Shown in pieces: positions 24,167 to 37,546 of a stretch of 64,000 nt of DNA. Source of the stretch: Mobula hypostoma (taxonomy: Eukaryota). Positions within the stretch are counted from its first letter, which is position 1. Each line of letters begins with the position of its first letter. Location: the NCBI RefSeq assembly GCF_963921235.1, contig NC_086097.1, positions 244,716,001-244,780,000 of the forward strand, given 5' to 3'. Under the pieces are notes generated by a model, which was given only the letters and a program-made list of their open reading frames with translations, was not told where the DNA came from and did not search any database. Made by a program: the position numbers and the translations under genes.

Positions 24167-24790
24167 TAGTGCCTATCAAAGTATTCTCTCTCCACACCTC
24201 CCCCCCCCCCCGACGAAATGTTTTGTGTTTTATTATTTTGCAACAGTGAATCACAGTAGATTTTAATTTGGCTTTGTTTTGACACTGCTCAACAGGAAAA
24301 GACTCTTTTGTGTCAAAGTGAAAACAGATTTTTACAAAGTGATCTAAATTAATTACAAATTACAAATATAAAACACCAAATAATTGCATAATTACTCATG
24401 CCCTTCAAGTCAGTAATTAGTAGATGCACCTTTGACAACAATTACAGCCTTGAGTTTGTGTGGATAGGTCTCTATCGGCTTTGCACATCTGGACAGTGCA
24501 ATTTTTTCCATGCTTCTTTACAAAACTGCTCAGGCTCTGTCAGATTGCGTGAGGATCATTAGTGAACGGCCCTTTTCAAGTCCAGCCACAAATTCTCAAT
24601 TGGATTGAAGTCTGAACTCTTTCTTGGCCACTCCAGGACTTTAACTTCGTTGTTTTTAAGCCAGTGTGTAGCTTTGGCTTTATGCTTGGGGTCATTGTCT
24701 TGCTGGAAAACAAATCTTTTCCCAAGTTGCAGTTCTCTTGCAGTCTATGTCTGGTTTTCCTCCAGGATTTCCCTATATTTTGCTGCTTTC
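24167..24790 (-). mobile_element. Tc1-like transposon fragment (TIR + transposase C-terminus); a second same-orientation TIR copy lies at 24873-25027
   Basis: Minus-strand [25 protein letters not shown] matches the Tc1 WPSQSPDLNPIE motif. TIR is (C/T)AGTGCCTAT.AAAGTATTC. Confidence 0.85.
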
Positions 24791-25610
24791 TTCCCCTCTG
24801 CCATCTGATTCCTAAATGGACATTGAATGCATGAACACTATCTACTTTTAAGTTAACAATTTAATATCCATACAGTGCCTATAAAAAGTATTCACCACCA
24901 CCCCCCCCCCAGAAGTTTTCATGTTTTATTGTTTTACAACATTGAGTGTACTTAATTTGGCTGTTTTGACACTGATCAACAGATAAAAACTCCTTCGTGT
25001 CAAAGTAAAAGAGATCTTTACGAAGTGATCCTGGGGGAAGTGGCGAGGGTGGGGGAGGGAATACATTTTATAGACACTGTAGAGCTGGCTTGCATATATA
25101 GAAGGCAGAGGATGGCAGTAGATGCAATGTATTCTGCCTGGAGGTCATTGACCACTGCTGTTCTGCCTGCAGGAATCTGTTCTGTGACCCCTGCTGATTG
25201 TGATTTTTATAAATGACTTGGATGCGGAAGTGGAAAGGTGGGTTAGTAATTTTTGCAGATGAAGCGAAGTTTTGTGGAGTTGTGGATAGCGTAGTTGTAG
25301 GTTGCAATGGGACAATGACAGGATGCAGAGCTGGCCTGAAGTGACAGATGGAGTTCAACCTGGAGAAGTGTGAAGTTTTTCATATTGGATAGTCAAATTT
25401 GAAGGCAGAATACCTGATTCTTGGCAGTGTGGTGGAACGTACATATCTTGGCACCCACATCCCTAGATTCCTCAAAGTTCCATCAAGTTGATCGGATTGT
25501 TCAGACGGCGTATAGTATGTTGGTCATCATTAGTTGGTGGATTGAGATCAAGAGATGTGAGGTAATGTTGCAGCTCTGTAAAATACTGGTTAGACCACAC
25601 TTGGAATATT

Positions 25611-26292
25611 CAGAATCCAAGTTGGGTTTTTTATCACTGGCAGATGTTGTAAAATTTGTTGTCTTTGCGGCAGGAGTACAATGCAATACATAATAGAAAA
25701 AAAACTGAGGGCGTGTGTATGTATGTCTATGTTTATGCGAATAAGGCATGTCCTGGGTGATGGGAGTCCTTAATGATGGATGCCATCTTTCTGAGGCATT
25801 GATCCTTGCAGATGTCCTGGATACTTTGGAGGCTAGTATCCATGATGGAGATGACTGGAGTTTACAATGCTCTGCAGCTTATTTTGATCCTTTGTAGTAA
25901 CCATCCCCCACCGCCACCCTGCCCCCTCCCCCCACCAAACCAGATGGTGATGTAGCCAGTTAGATTGCTCTCCATGTTACATTTGCAGAAAGTTATGAGT
26001 GTTTTTGGTGACATGCCAGATCTCCTCAAGCTCCTCAAACTGTGGTGCCTTCTTTGTGCCTAGGTTAGATCCTCCTAGATATTGACACCCAGGAAGTTGA
26101 AATTGCTCATTCTTTCCACTTCAGATCCCTCATTAAGTACTGGTCTTGCCCTTTCTGAAATCCACAATCAGTTCTTGGTCTTGATGACGTTGAGTGCAAG
26201 GTTGTTGCTGCAGCACCACTCAACTAGCTGATATATCTTGCTCCTGAATGCTCCCTTGTCACTATCTGAAATTCTGCCAACAGTAGTTGTTT
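25611..26292 (-). mobile_element. Rex1-clade LINE fragment inserted in CR1
   Basis: Tail cagaatc...tttatcactggc and decayed RT C-terminus. AATATT is repeated at both junctions. Confidence 0.75.
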
Positions 26293-26583
26293 TAAATATT
26301 GTGTTCATTTCCGGTCGCATAATTATATGAAGGATGTGAAAGCTTTAAAGGGGGTGCTGCCTGGAGTAAAGGGCATGTCTTATGAAGATAGGTTGAGCGA
26401 GTTGCGGCCTTTGTTTGGAGCAAAGGAGGATAACAGATGACTTGATAGAGCTGTACAAGATAAGAGGCATAGATCGAGTGGATAGCCAGAAAGTTTTTCT
26501 CAGGGTGGAAATAGCTAATATAAGGGAGCATAATTTTAAGGTTGTTGAAGGAAAGTCAGACATACATTCTTTACACAGAGAGT

Positions 26584-26679
26584 AACACACATCAAAGTTG
26601 CTGGTGAACGCAGCAGGCCAAGCAGCATCTATAGGAAGAGGCGCAGTCGACGTTTCAGGCCGAGACCCTTCGTCAGGAC
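26584..26679 (-). mobile_element. Penelope-like element terminal fragment (about 96 bp)
   Basis: Near-identical to the end of the GIY-YIG element at 38238. Flanked by ACACAGAGAGT at 26573-26583 and 26678-26688. Confidence 0.85.
26644..26679 (-). ncRNA. Minimal type I hammerhead ribozyme motif, core intact
   Basis: Minus-strand RNA reads GUC-CUGACGA-A-GGG-UCUCGG-CCU-GAAA-C-GUC^GACUG: CUGANGA core, helix II, GAAA, GUC cleavage triplet and helix I GUC/GAC. Confidence 0.8.
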
Positions 26680-28289
26680 ACAGAGAGTGGTGGGTTTGTG
26701 ATGCGGTTTGCAATGAGGCAAAAGGCCTGAAATGTTCTCTGTTCTATACCCAATCCAAAGCATTACTGACCCTGGCACTGAAGAGAATCCATAGCATATT
26801 GGAATCTCAGTCTCAGCCACAGACGCTCCTGTCTGTTCCCTTCACTAACAAATCCCTCACCACCACTGCTGACCTGGAAATTTTTCTCCTCTGCTGTGCA
26901 TCAGTGTCTACCGTAGTGATGCTGCCTCTTTGCTTTGTTGGGCTGCTCCTCCCAACAGTATCCAAAATGGTATAAATGTTTGAAAGTACAATAACCACAG
27001 AGGGTGCCTGTATTTTCTGCCTGAGTTCATTGTTCTTCCTGGTGGTAACCCATCTCCCTTTATGTTTTAGACTTATAAGCCATATGACAATAATAGAGGG
27101 TTATGGCTAATGTGAGGTAATTTCTAAAGTAAGCACATGTTCGGCACAGCTTTGTGGGCCGAAGGGCCTGTATTGTGCTGTAGACTTTCAATGTTTCAAT
27201 GACACAGAAACAGGCCCTTCAGTCCAACTGACTCCTTAGCAGTCAAGATGCCCCTTCCAATTTAGTCCCATTTTTTCAGCATTTGGCCCATAATGTTGCA
27301 ATCCACGTACCTGTCCAACTGCCTTTTTAAAATTTATTATTATACCTACCTCAACTACTTCCTCGGGCAGCTCACTTTCCATGTTTACTACTCTGTGTTT
27401 AAGCAGAAAAGATGCACCTCAAATTCCCATTAAATCTTCCCACTTTCACCTTAAACCTGTGCAGTCTTGTTCTATACCCTAACCCTGGGTAAAAGACTTA
27501 GTGTATTCATTCATCCCATCTATACTTGTGAGTTTATGAACCTCTATCAGATCACCTCTTTATCACCTACCACTCTCCAAGGAATAAAATCCTGGTCCAA
27601 TCTCTCTATATGTCACTCTCTCAAGTGCTGAGAGCATCTTGGTAAATCTTTTAGGCACTTTCTCTAATTTATTAACATTTTTCCTCTAACAGGGTAACTA
27701 AAACTGAGCACAGTACTCCCAAGTGTGACTTATGTGATTAGGTGATCTTCTCTCTCAATGCGCTTGACTTGATGGTTGCATTTGGCAATGATGAAGTAAT
27801 TGGAATAAGTTCTCTTGATAGTAATAACAGTTTTCTCTTTTAGACGTTTGAGTAAATTGTAAATTATTTGGGGAAATTTTTCACATTACCAGCAAAATAG
27901 TTTTCCTTCTAAAGGTTTATTCAAGGGATTCTTGAAGTTAATAAAAAAAAATTAGCTATGTAAATGAGGGTAGTCTTTTCTTGCTTGCTTTGAGCTAATT
28001 TACATTGGTTTCCTTTGTCATTTTTTCTGGTCTCGCTCAACTGTCTTGAAATGCTTTATAATTTTCTGTACTAAAAGGGCACATTTCACATTCGGTGCAC
28101 TTGCGTGTGCTGTTAGTTTATGTCGCTGTCTCCAATAAAATCATTGTCTGTGAAATATTATGTAGCCTTTCCCGGAGTGTATTATATTTTCTTTTAAAAA
28201 TTCAGAAGGTTCGGCCAGTATTTGTTTACATACTGCAGGTGATGCTAAATCTGCTTGTAAGGCAATATATTATGCCGATGAGTTGTTAT

Positions 28290-28779
28290 CCTTTGGCTCA
28301 CGTGACTGTGATTACAGAGAGCATTTGTAGTGCAGACAGAGACTCTGATTACTGAACATGTGTCTGTGCGGTGAATCTCTTAAGAGGCTTGATACTGGAG
28401 GCTTATGACCAATGAGAAGAATTTTGGTGCACAGTACGTAGTGCTCTACGTGGCTGTGTGACATTGTTTTTCAGCAGCCTGATAAATCTTTATGTCAGTG
28501 CCAAATGGGTCATGTGGAGCCAATGCGATTTCAGGAATTTGTTGTTTCTTAACCTAAGGAGGCTTTTATATCAAATCCTGTGAACAGAGACTCTTATTCT
28601 GAACTTGTTCAGCAGCTGTTTGTGATTGCCGTGCAAAGCTGCAGTTTTGAATAGATCACATAGTGTATTGCTTATCTTTGTGGTGCACTGGAGATCGTAG
28701 CACAACCACCCATTGTCAGTTAGCTGTTTCAGCATCAGATCTGGTGTTTCATTCTACAAACGCCAGCTATCGCAAAAGC
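28290..28779 (+). promoter_or_regulatory. clasp2: Putative internal promoter/5' UTR of the CLASP2 gamma-type isoform
   Basis: TE-free island upstream of the MPTGD exon with TCACGTGAC (28298-28306) and CCAAT at 28409 and 28520. The TSS cannot be determined from sequence. Confidence 0.55.
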
Positions 28780-28795
28780 ATGCCAACGGGTGATG
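28780..28795 (+). CDS. clasp2: CLASP2 gamma-type alternative first coding exon: MPTGD(D)
   Basis: AGCATG CCA ACG GGT GAT G|GTAAGT has a consensus phase-1 donor. Joining to 59539 gives MPTGDDKSFDDEES, compared with recalled mammalian CLASP2gamma MAMGDDKSFDDEES. Confidence 0.82.
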
Positions 28796-30409
28796 GTAAG
28801 TGGCACTGAGAAATAAAACTAGTATCTCAAGATAATTATGAAAAGGAAAGCTTGTGCTATTGCAATACTTATTACAGATTTATTACATATTAGCGCAGCT
28901 TTTTGGGGTTTATTTTATCGTTCAGTTTATTTCATGTTTATTCAAACAACAGTCAGCAAATCTGCGTAGAATATCTGTAGTACTTCTAATAATTGACCAG
29001 CAAGATAAAAATTGACATCTTCTGGTCTGTGTGGTATCTTTCCTTTGTTTATTTCTCAGAAAGATTAATGACTGCAGAAGGTAGTTTTTTTTTTCCTTGT
29101 TAAAATTTGAAAGCAATGTAATTTGATTGTCATAAGACAAATGTCTACTTATAAAAAAAATTTTAAATATGAAATATTGTTGGAAAGTGTCAGTTGTGAA
29201 ATCTGTTTGCAAGTGAAATGCAGAGTGAATAAAGTATTGTACTGCAAATTGATATTTTGGTCAAATTGGCATATTTATTGTGTGATGTTTGAGGAATGAG
29301 TTTACCTCTAAATGTGGTCAAAATGCCGGAGACCTCGGCCATGAGGAGAAAAATGTAAATAACTATTACTGAGGGGAATTTGCAAGTGAAAAGAATTGGG
29401 GTTCACGTTTTTTAAAAAAACGTGTCTTGTAATCGACTTCAGCCGCATATTGCTGAAAGGCATGAATGTATTTGTGGGATTTGTGGTTTTAAATTTGGAC
29501 TATAGGACTCGTGAAGGGGGCCAGATGCCATGAAAAATCATCATGCATAAATGCTTGGGGGTGAATCAGTGCATTATTTTGGATGTAATTATACATCTCG
29601 GATCTTTGTCAAATGACTTATAGCTATGGTGCATATTTAAATATCATCGTAAAACCAGGTGGCAGCTTGTCTGATTTAATGAAGGGTTTGTTGTTGGTCT
29701 TTAGCATACTATTTATTTTTAGCAAACTGATATTATGTGTACCAGATAGAATCTTTCTGTGGAGATAGTTTTCCAATCTATTTGGCTTGAGTGAAGTTGT
29801 GTAGGAAGACTCAAATGAGGAGATAGGTTATGATTGATTAAGAATTATCATTGACGCTAAAAACATTGAGAGCAAGGATTAAAGGATTATGGCTGACAAA
29901 GGAGCATGAAGCTGTGGCAGTTTACATTTCAACGTGTACTTGCATATTGCAAGTATTTTCGTCAGGGTTCAAAGTACATTTTCACAATCGAAAATGAAAA
30001 TGTGAACTTTTGTAGTCTGGAATTATATACTTTTTTTTTGGTTCATTTGCAATATTTATTGAAAAATCCCTACATGAGGGCAAAATAAACGTTAGACAGG
30101 AACTTGCTAATTTTGACAGACATACCTGCAGGTAATAGGACATACAGCAAATGGGACACTTTAAAAGCGAAATGCAGGGAGATCAGGGACAATATGTTCC
30201 TTGAAGGACAAGTCTAGCAGTATTAGCGAATCCTGGCTGATGAAGGTTATTGAGAATCTGATCAGGAAAACGATGGAGACGTATGACAGGTGCAGGAAGA
30301 TTGGAGCAAGTGAATCTCTTGAGTTTGAGATTTAGGAGTTCACTTCAGAGGGAAGTCAGGAGGGCAGAAAGAGGGCATGAGATTCAGTGTGAGAGAGAGA
30401 GAGAAAAAG

Positions 30410-31370
30410 ATACAGTACAGTAACAGAACCTTTCAGCCCGATGAGCCTGGACTACCCAATTATACCGATGTTACCAATTAACCGACTAACCCGAGTATCT
30501 TTGTCGGGAAGTGTATAGTCATGCATTTTGGCAAAAGAAATGAAAGGGTTGAGTATTTTCTCAATGGAGAGAAAATACAAAAAAAAACAACTGAGGCACA
30601 AAGGGACATGCAGGATTCCTTAAAGGTTAATTTGCAGGTTGAGTCTGTGGTGAGGAAGGCAAATGCAATGTTAGCATTCATTTCAAGAGGAATGGAATAT
30701 AAAAGTTAAGTTATAATGTTGAGACTTTACATAAAACACTGGTTAGGCCCCACTTGGAGTATTGTGAACAGTTTTGGGCCCCTAATCTTAGAAAGGATAT
30801 GCTGAAACTGGAGAAGATTCAAAGGAGGCTCACAAAAATGATTCCAGGATTGAATAGCTTGTCATATGAAGAGATTTTGATGGCTCTGGGCCTGTATTTG
30901 CTAGAACTTGGAAGAATGAGGGATGACCTCATTGAAACCTATCAAATGGTGAAAGGCCTTGATAGGGTGGATGTGAAGAGGATGTTTTCTATAGTGGGAG
31001 GAGTCTATAAGACCAGAGGACACAGTCTCAGAATAGAAGGGTGTCCTTTTAGAACGGAGATGAGGAGGAATTTCTTTAACCAGAGGGTGATGAATCTATG
31101 GAATTCTTAGCCACAGGCAACTGTGGAGGCCAAGTCTATGTATATTTAAGGCAGAGGATGATAGATTCTTAATTGGTCAGGGAATGAAAGGATATGGGGA
31201 GAAGGCAGGAGGAGATTGGAGCTGAGAGGAAAATTGGATCTGCCATGATGAATTGGCAGAGCAGACTTGATGGGCCAAATGGCCTAATTGTTCTCCTACA
31301 CCTTATGGCCTATCTTTGGAATGTGGGAGAAAACAGGAGCACCTGGAGGAAGCCCACACAGTAACGGGGA
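30410..31370 (-). mobile_element. V-SINE split by a CR1 insertion
   Basis: accaattaaccgactaacccgagtatctttg | ...tatctttggaatgtgggagaaaacaggagcacctggaggaagccca rejoin as the reverse complement of the V-domain. Confidence 0.75.
30504..31310 (+). mobile_element. CR1 LINE, 5'-truncated
   Basis: ORFs 30521-30709 and 30754-31110. TSD TATCTTTG at 30496-30503 and 31311-31318. Confidence 0.88.
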
Positions 31371-31609
31371 TATCACTTCAGCAATATGGTGAAGGAGAAA
31401 CTTAAGAGAATCTTCAAGAATATTACATGCAAAAGGGAGAGATTACAAATCCTTTACTATCAATGTGGTCATCTGTATATAGAGCCACATGGAATGGGTA
31501 AGATGTCAAATGAATATTTCTGATCTGTATTTTCTATGTAAAAGGTCATTCAAGTTAAGAATTAGGGGATATAAATAATAATGTCTTGGAATGTATTTAG
31601 AAATTGAAC

Positions 31610-32442
31610 GAGTCAGATTCATTTATTTCTCACATGCATCAAAACATGCAGCGAAATGCATTGTTTGCATTAATGTCATAGCATGCTCACCATGCTCGGC
31701 AGAACAACATAGACCACACTAAACAACAACAGCAAAACAAGTCCATTTCCTCCCTTCCTACCAACCACTTACATTCCTCCAACCACAGGGCAGGTTGCCT
31801 CTGGGCCTCCGGTCTCCAGTGGGCTCACAGACAATGGGCCTCTGATTTCCCCAGAGGACATCAGACTCAGGCCTTCATCCACCAGGCTTCAATTTTCGAA
31901 CTTCCAGCCAGTCTCTGCATTTCAGTCTTCGGTATCAACCCCAGGACTGCAAACTCCATGCCTCGAACTCTGGACTCGCTGATGTTGGGACCCTGGGCTC
32001 CAGTCTTTGAATAATGGACTCACATACCAAGGACTTCACTGCTCTTGTGCTTCTTGCTCTTGTAGACATCCGATCCTGGGTCCCATTGACCTCAGAGTCC
32101 CGCTGACCTGGTGACCCACCAGTCCTCGTTCTCAGTAATTCTTGCCCACACGCTTGCGAGCTGACATCCACAGATGTCCTTCGTCACACATTCATGGCAC
32201 TGATCTTTGGGAGTGGAGCAGAGGCCTCGAATCCGACCTGACCTCTAACTCCTCCACATCTCTGTTACTAAACTCTAATCTGACCTCTGACTTACCCACA
32301 TCTCTGTCCCTGAACCCTAACCTTACTTTTAATTCCCCTCTCTGTACTTAAAATCATTCCTATAAACTTAAAAAAAAAAGCAGCGAAGCCTGAACCACAA
32401 CCTCGATACATACTAGAGCTCGGCGGCAATTCAACTGGAAGT
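31610..32442 (-). mobile_element. Probable non-coding non-autonomous retroelement inserted in an old + strand CR1 (about 30090-33330)
   Basis: LINE-like tail (gattcatttatt...) at about 31615. Minus-strand head is ACTTCCAGTTGAATTGCCGCCG. CR1 sequence resumes on both sides. Confidence 0.5.
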
Positions 32443-33389
32443 TTACAGGATGCTGATAGTCTTAGGGTCATTATGGTGAACTAATCCCCAGGCTCTGATC
32501 AGCTGTATTCTTGCACATTTTGGGAAGCTAGGGAAGAAATTGCTGGCAGAAATATGTATATCTTTCTTAGCCGTGGGTGAGGTACTGGAAGATGGCTAAT
32601 ATTGTTCATTTATTCACAAAAAGTTGGGAAGGACAAGCCAGGCAACAACAGGTCACTGAGCTTAACATCGATGGTGGGAAAGTTGTTGGAGGGGATTCTG
32701 AGGGATGATGGGATCTATCAGCGTATAGAGTACTTGATTAGGGATTGTTAGCATGCCTTTGAATAGGGCATATTGAGCCTCAAGGTTTTGAGTTTTTTGA
32801 AGAGCTGACCAAGACAGTTGACAAGGGAAAAGCAGTGCCTCAAACATTAGCCTTTTGATAAGGTCCTGCATGATACTCTGGAAGATTAGTTCACATGGAA
32901 CCTAGGGTGAGCAAGCCAGGTTTGACGCTGTCCCCAGTCTTGTTTGTCAACTTATTAATGATTTCGATAACAATTTTCTACTGTTAGCAAGTTTGCAGAT
33001 GACACCAAAATTGGTGATGTAGTGGACAATGAGGATTAGCTAAATTTACAAAGGGAACTATACTAGCCTGGAAGTGGGCCAGAGGATGTCAAATGGAATT
33101 TTACTCTGACAAGTATGAGGTTTTGGACTTTGGTAAGTTAAACCAAGGTAGGCCTTTCACAGCATTTGATAGGGCCCTGGAAAGTGTTGGAGGACATACA
33201 ACCGGAGGTGTACATGCACATTGTTCCCTGAATGTGGAGGTATAGGTAGACAAAGAGGTGAAAAACACATTTACTTTGCTTGATGAGGACATTGAGTACA
33301 AGAGGTGGAATATCATGATGAAAATAGAATTGATATTGGTTTGCTACTGTCACAGGGTACTAAGATGCAGTGAAAAGCATTTATTTATA

Positions 33390-35940
33390 AGACCATAGAT
33401 AGGGGAGCAGAATCTGCTCATTCATCCTATTGAGCCTGCTCTGCTATTCCACCATGGCTGATTTATTATCCCTCTCAATCACATTTTCCTACCTTCTCCC
33501 AGTAACCTTTGATGCCTAGATTAATCTAGAACCTATCAACCCCCGTTTTAAATATGCAGAATAACTTAGCATCCACAGACTTCTTTGGCAGTGAATTTCA
33601 CAGATTCACTACCCTCTGGCAAAAGAAAGTCCTCATCTCTTTTCTAAATGGATGCCCCTCTATTCTGAGTCTGTGTGCACTGGTCCTGGACTCACCCACT
33701 ATAGGCAACATGCACCGTATCCAGGCTTTTCAATATTTGATAGGTTTCAATGAGATCCTTCCCTCATTCTTCTAAACTCCAGTGAGTACAGGCCGAGACC
33801 CATGGAACACTTTCAGTCCTGGAATCATTCTTGTGAACCCCATCTGGACCCTTTCTGACAGCAGCACATCTTTTCTTAGGGGCCCAAAACTGCTCACAAT
33901 ACTCTGCGTGGTCTGACTAATATAAAGCCTTGGCATTACATCCTTGCTTTTATATTCCAGTCCTCTCGATATGAATGCTAACTTTGCATCTGCCTTCCTT
34001 ACTACTGACTCAACCTGCAAGATAACCTTAAGGGAATCCTGCGCAAAGACTCCCATGAACTTTTGCACCACTGGATTTTTTTTCCGTTTTCTCCCCATTT
34101 AAAGAAAAATAGTTTACACCTTTACTTTATACTTTATACTTTATTGTCGCCAAACAATTGATACTAGAACGTACAATCATCACAGTGATATTTGATTCTG
34201 CGCTTCCCGCTCCCTGGAGTATAAATCGATAGTAAATATTAAAAATTTAAATTATAAATCATAAATAGAAAATAGAAAATGGAAAGTAAGGTAGTGCAAG
34301 AAACCGAGAGGCAGGTCCGGATATTTGGAGGGTTCGGCCCAGATTTCCTTCTATCAAAGTGCATGACCACACACTTCCCTCCATTTGCCACTTCTTTGCC
34401 CATTTTTCAAATCTGCCCAAGTCCTCCTGCAGACTTCCTGCTTCCTCAACACTACTTGGCCCCCACCTATCTTCATATTGTCTTCAAACTTGGTGACAAA
34501 GCTGTCAATTCTGTATTCCAAATCATTGACGAGCAACATGAAAATATTGGTCCCAACACTGACCCTTGCAGCCAACCAGAAAAGTGCCCCTTAGAATTTC
34601 AAATAAATTTATTATCAAAGTTGATATATGTCAACCTGAGATTTATTTTCTTATGGCCATAATAGAATCAAAGAAAATCTGCGCCAACTTAGGCGTTCAA
34701 CCAGTGTGCAAATACAAAAAGAAAGAAATAATAACTAGATGAGCAATAAATATAGATCACATGAGATGGAGGCTGTGAAAGTGACTCCATAGGTTGTGGG
34801 AGCATTTCAGTGATAGGGCAAATGAAGTTCAGTGAGGTTACCCCTTTGTTTCAAAAGCCTAATGGTCAAGAGGTAATAATTGTTTCTGAACTTTGACGTG
34901 TGAGTCCTGAGGCTCCTGTACCACCTTCCTGATGGCAACAGCAAGAAGAGAGCATGTACTGGGTTGTTTGGGTCACTGATAATAGATGCTACTTTACTGT
35001 GACAGTGTTTTGTGTAGATGTGCTCAATGGTGGGGCGGTCTCTACTCATGGTGGACCGGGCCATATTCATTACTTTTTTTTTATTAGGATGTTCTGTTCA
35101 AGGGCAATGGTGTTTCCAAATGAAGCTGTGATACATCCAGTCAGCGTACTCTCCACTAGTCTTAGATGTCATGCTGAACCTTTGCAAACTCCTAAGGAAG
35201 GAGGAGTTATTCCTACTCATTACCTCCTGCCAGACAGCTAATCTATCCATGCTAATATCTTTCCTATATTACTGTGGGCTCTTATCTTGTTTAGCAGCCT
35301 CATGTACGGCAGCCTTTCAAAGGCCTTCTGAAAATTCAAGAAAGCAACATCCACTGAGACTTTTTCTATTCTGCTTGTTATTTCCTCAAAAAATTCCAAT
35401 TTGTTAGGTAAGAATTCCCCTTAAGGAAACCATACTGTCTGGCCTACTTTATCTATTGCCTCCAGATACCCTCGGACATCATGCTTAATAACGGACTCTA
35501 TCCAGCATCTTTCCAACCACTGACTAACTGGCCTGTAATTTCCTTTCTTCTGCATTTCTCCCTTCTTGAAGAGTGGAGTGACATTTCCAATATTCGAGTC
35601 CTCTGGAGCCATTCCAGAATCTAGTGAATCTGGAAGGATCATTACTAATGCCTCCACAATCTCTTTAGCGACTTCTTTCATAAATCTGGAGTGTAGTCCA
35701 TTCGGGCTAAGGTAGCTTGCCTATGTTCAGACATTTCAGCCTCCCAAGCACATTTTCCCTAGTAACAGCAACTACCCTCACGTTTGCCCCCGACAATCTC
35801 AAATTCTTGGCACACTACTAGTGTCTTCCACAGTGAAAGCTGCCGCAATATACTTTTTATGTATGTTCGCCATTTGTTTGTCCCCGTTACTACTTCTCCA
35901 ATGTCATTTTCCAGCAATCTGATATTTACTTTCGCCTTCC
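33390..35940 (-). mobile_element. CR1 LINE remnant with nested Rex1 fragments (about 34120-34345 and 34595-35215)
   Basis: ORFs 33772-34098, 34354-34575 and 35421-35681 (VTPLFKKG...NYRPVS). Rex1 ORF 34807-35070 has LLPSGRWYRSL. Confidence 0.8.
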
Positions 35941-36329
35941 TTTTAAAATAGAAAGTCACAGGCAGAAAATAGCATGAATCATAAAATTTACTATAGATAT
36001 CTTGAGCTGAATGGGGTAAAGACAAATTTCAGTGTGCAAATTAAAATACAATTTTGCTACGAGGATTGCAAGCTCTGTGAAGAAGATGTGTGGTTGCAAT
36101 TAACATATCAGCAGCTCTCAGATTTTTAAACATTTCCAAAGAGAAGGCAGCAGGAAAACATTGCAAAAACAAAACATAGATAAATAATTCAGAGTCTGAC
36201 CTGAGACAGGGTTGTAGATGATGTACAATGGGGATAGAAGTTGGCAGTTTTGGGGACAAAAAGATAGCGGATTGATAGCTCATCACAGAGTCTAATAGTA
36301 TACCAAGGTTAATAAGCTCCATTTTTGTC

Positions 36330-37140
36330 ATTGTCACTAATGGAGGCTGAATCTTAGATGGTGATGAATCAGCATATAAGAAGGGGATTGAAAATCTGGC
36401 CGAGTGGTGCTCCAGCAACAACTTCTTGCTCAATGTCGTTAAGATCAAGGAGCTGATTATTGACATCAGGAGGAAGAAATGAGAGGTTCATGAGCCAGTC
36501 CTTTTGGTGGGGGGAATCAAAGGTGGAGAGGGTCAGCAACTTTAAGTACCTCTGTGTTATTATTTCAGGGGACCTTTTTGGACCCAGCACTAAGTGCAAC
36601 TGCTAAGTAGGCACAGTAGTCGCTCTGCTTCCTTATGAGTTTGTGACAATTCAGCATGACATCTAAAACTTTGACAAACTTCGATAGATGTGTGGTAGAG
36701 ATTATATAGACTGGTCACAGCACCGCCTGCTGTGGAAGCACCAATGCCCTTGAATGGAAAATCCTACAAAAAGTAGTGGATACAGACCAGTCCATCACAG
36801 GTGAAGCCCTCCCTACTATTGAGCACACCTACACGAAACACTGTTGTAGGAAAGCAGCATCCATCATCAGAGTCCCTCACCAACCAGGGCATGCTCTCTT
36901 CTCGCTGCTGCCATCAGGAAGAAGATACAGGAACCTCAGGACTCGCACCACCAGGTTCAAGAATAGGTACTTCCCCTCAACCATCAGGCTCTTGAACCAA
37001 AGGGGATAGCTTCATTCAACTTTACTTGACCTACCACTGAAATGTTCCCACAACCTTTGGATTCACTTTCAAGGACTCTTCATATTTCTTGCTTATTTTA
37101 TTTATTTATTTATTTATTTATTTATTTTTCTCTGCTTGCT
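36330..37140 (+). mobile_element. Rex1-clade LINE 3' portion
   Basis: ORF 36776-37009 reads HQPGHALFSLLPSGRRYRNLRTRTTRFKNRYFP. Confidence 0.85.
37095..37128. repeat. (ATTT)n microsatellite in a LINE 3' UTR
   Basis: Read directly from the sequence. Confidence 0.9.
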
Positions 37141-37546
37141 AGTTCATTAAGTTAGTTCAAAAGTACATTACATAAAGGAAAATTAGAGGCTGCTGATCGC
37201 AGTGAGAAAAGTTCAGAAGAAGTACCATTGTCGACATGACTGCTGCTGGCCAAGTCAAAGGTGGTGCTGAATCAGCACACAGGAAGGAGATTGAAAATCT
37301 GGCTGAGTAGTGCTATAATAACAACTCAATGTCAGCAAGACCAAAGAGCTGTCTATTGACTTCAGGAGGAGGAAACCAGTGGTGTGGTCCATGAGCCAAT
37401 CCTCATTCTGCGAATCAGAGTTGGAGAGGGTCAGCAACTTTAAATTCCTTGGCGTTATTTCGGAGGACCTGTCTTGGGCCCAGTACTTAAGTGCAATTAT
37501 GAAGAAAGCACAGCAGTGCCCCTACTTCCTTAGAAGTTTGAGAAGA

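Noticed and set aside
28095..29212. ORFs 28095-28355 and 28922-29212 in the TE-free island
   Set aside because: Low-complexity AT-rich translations with non-ATG starts and no recognisable domains; better explained as promoter and intron.
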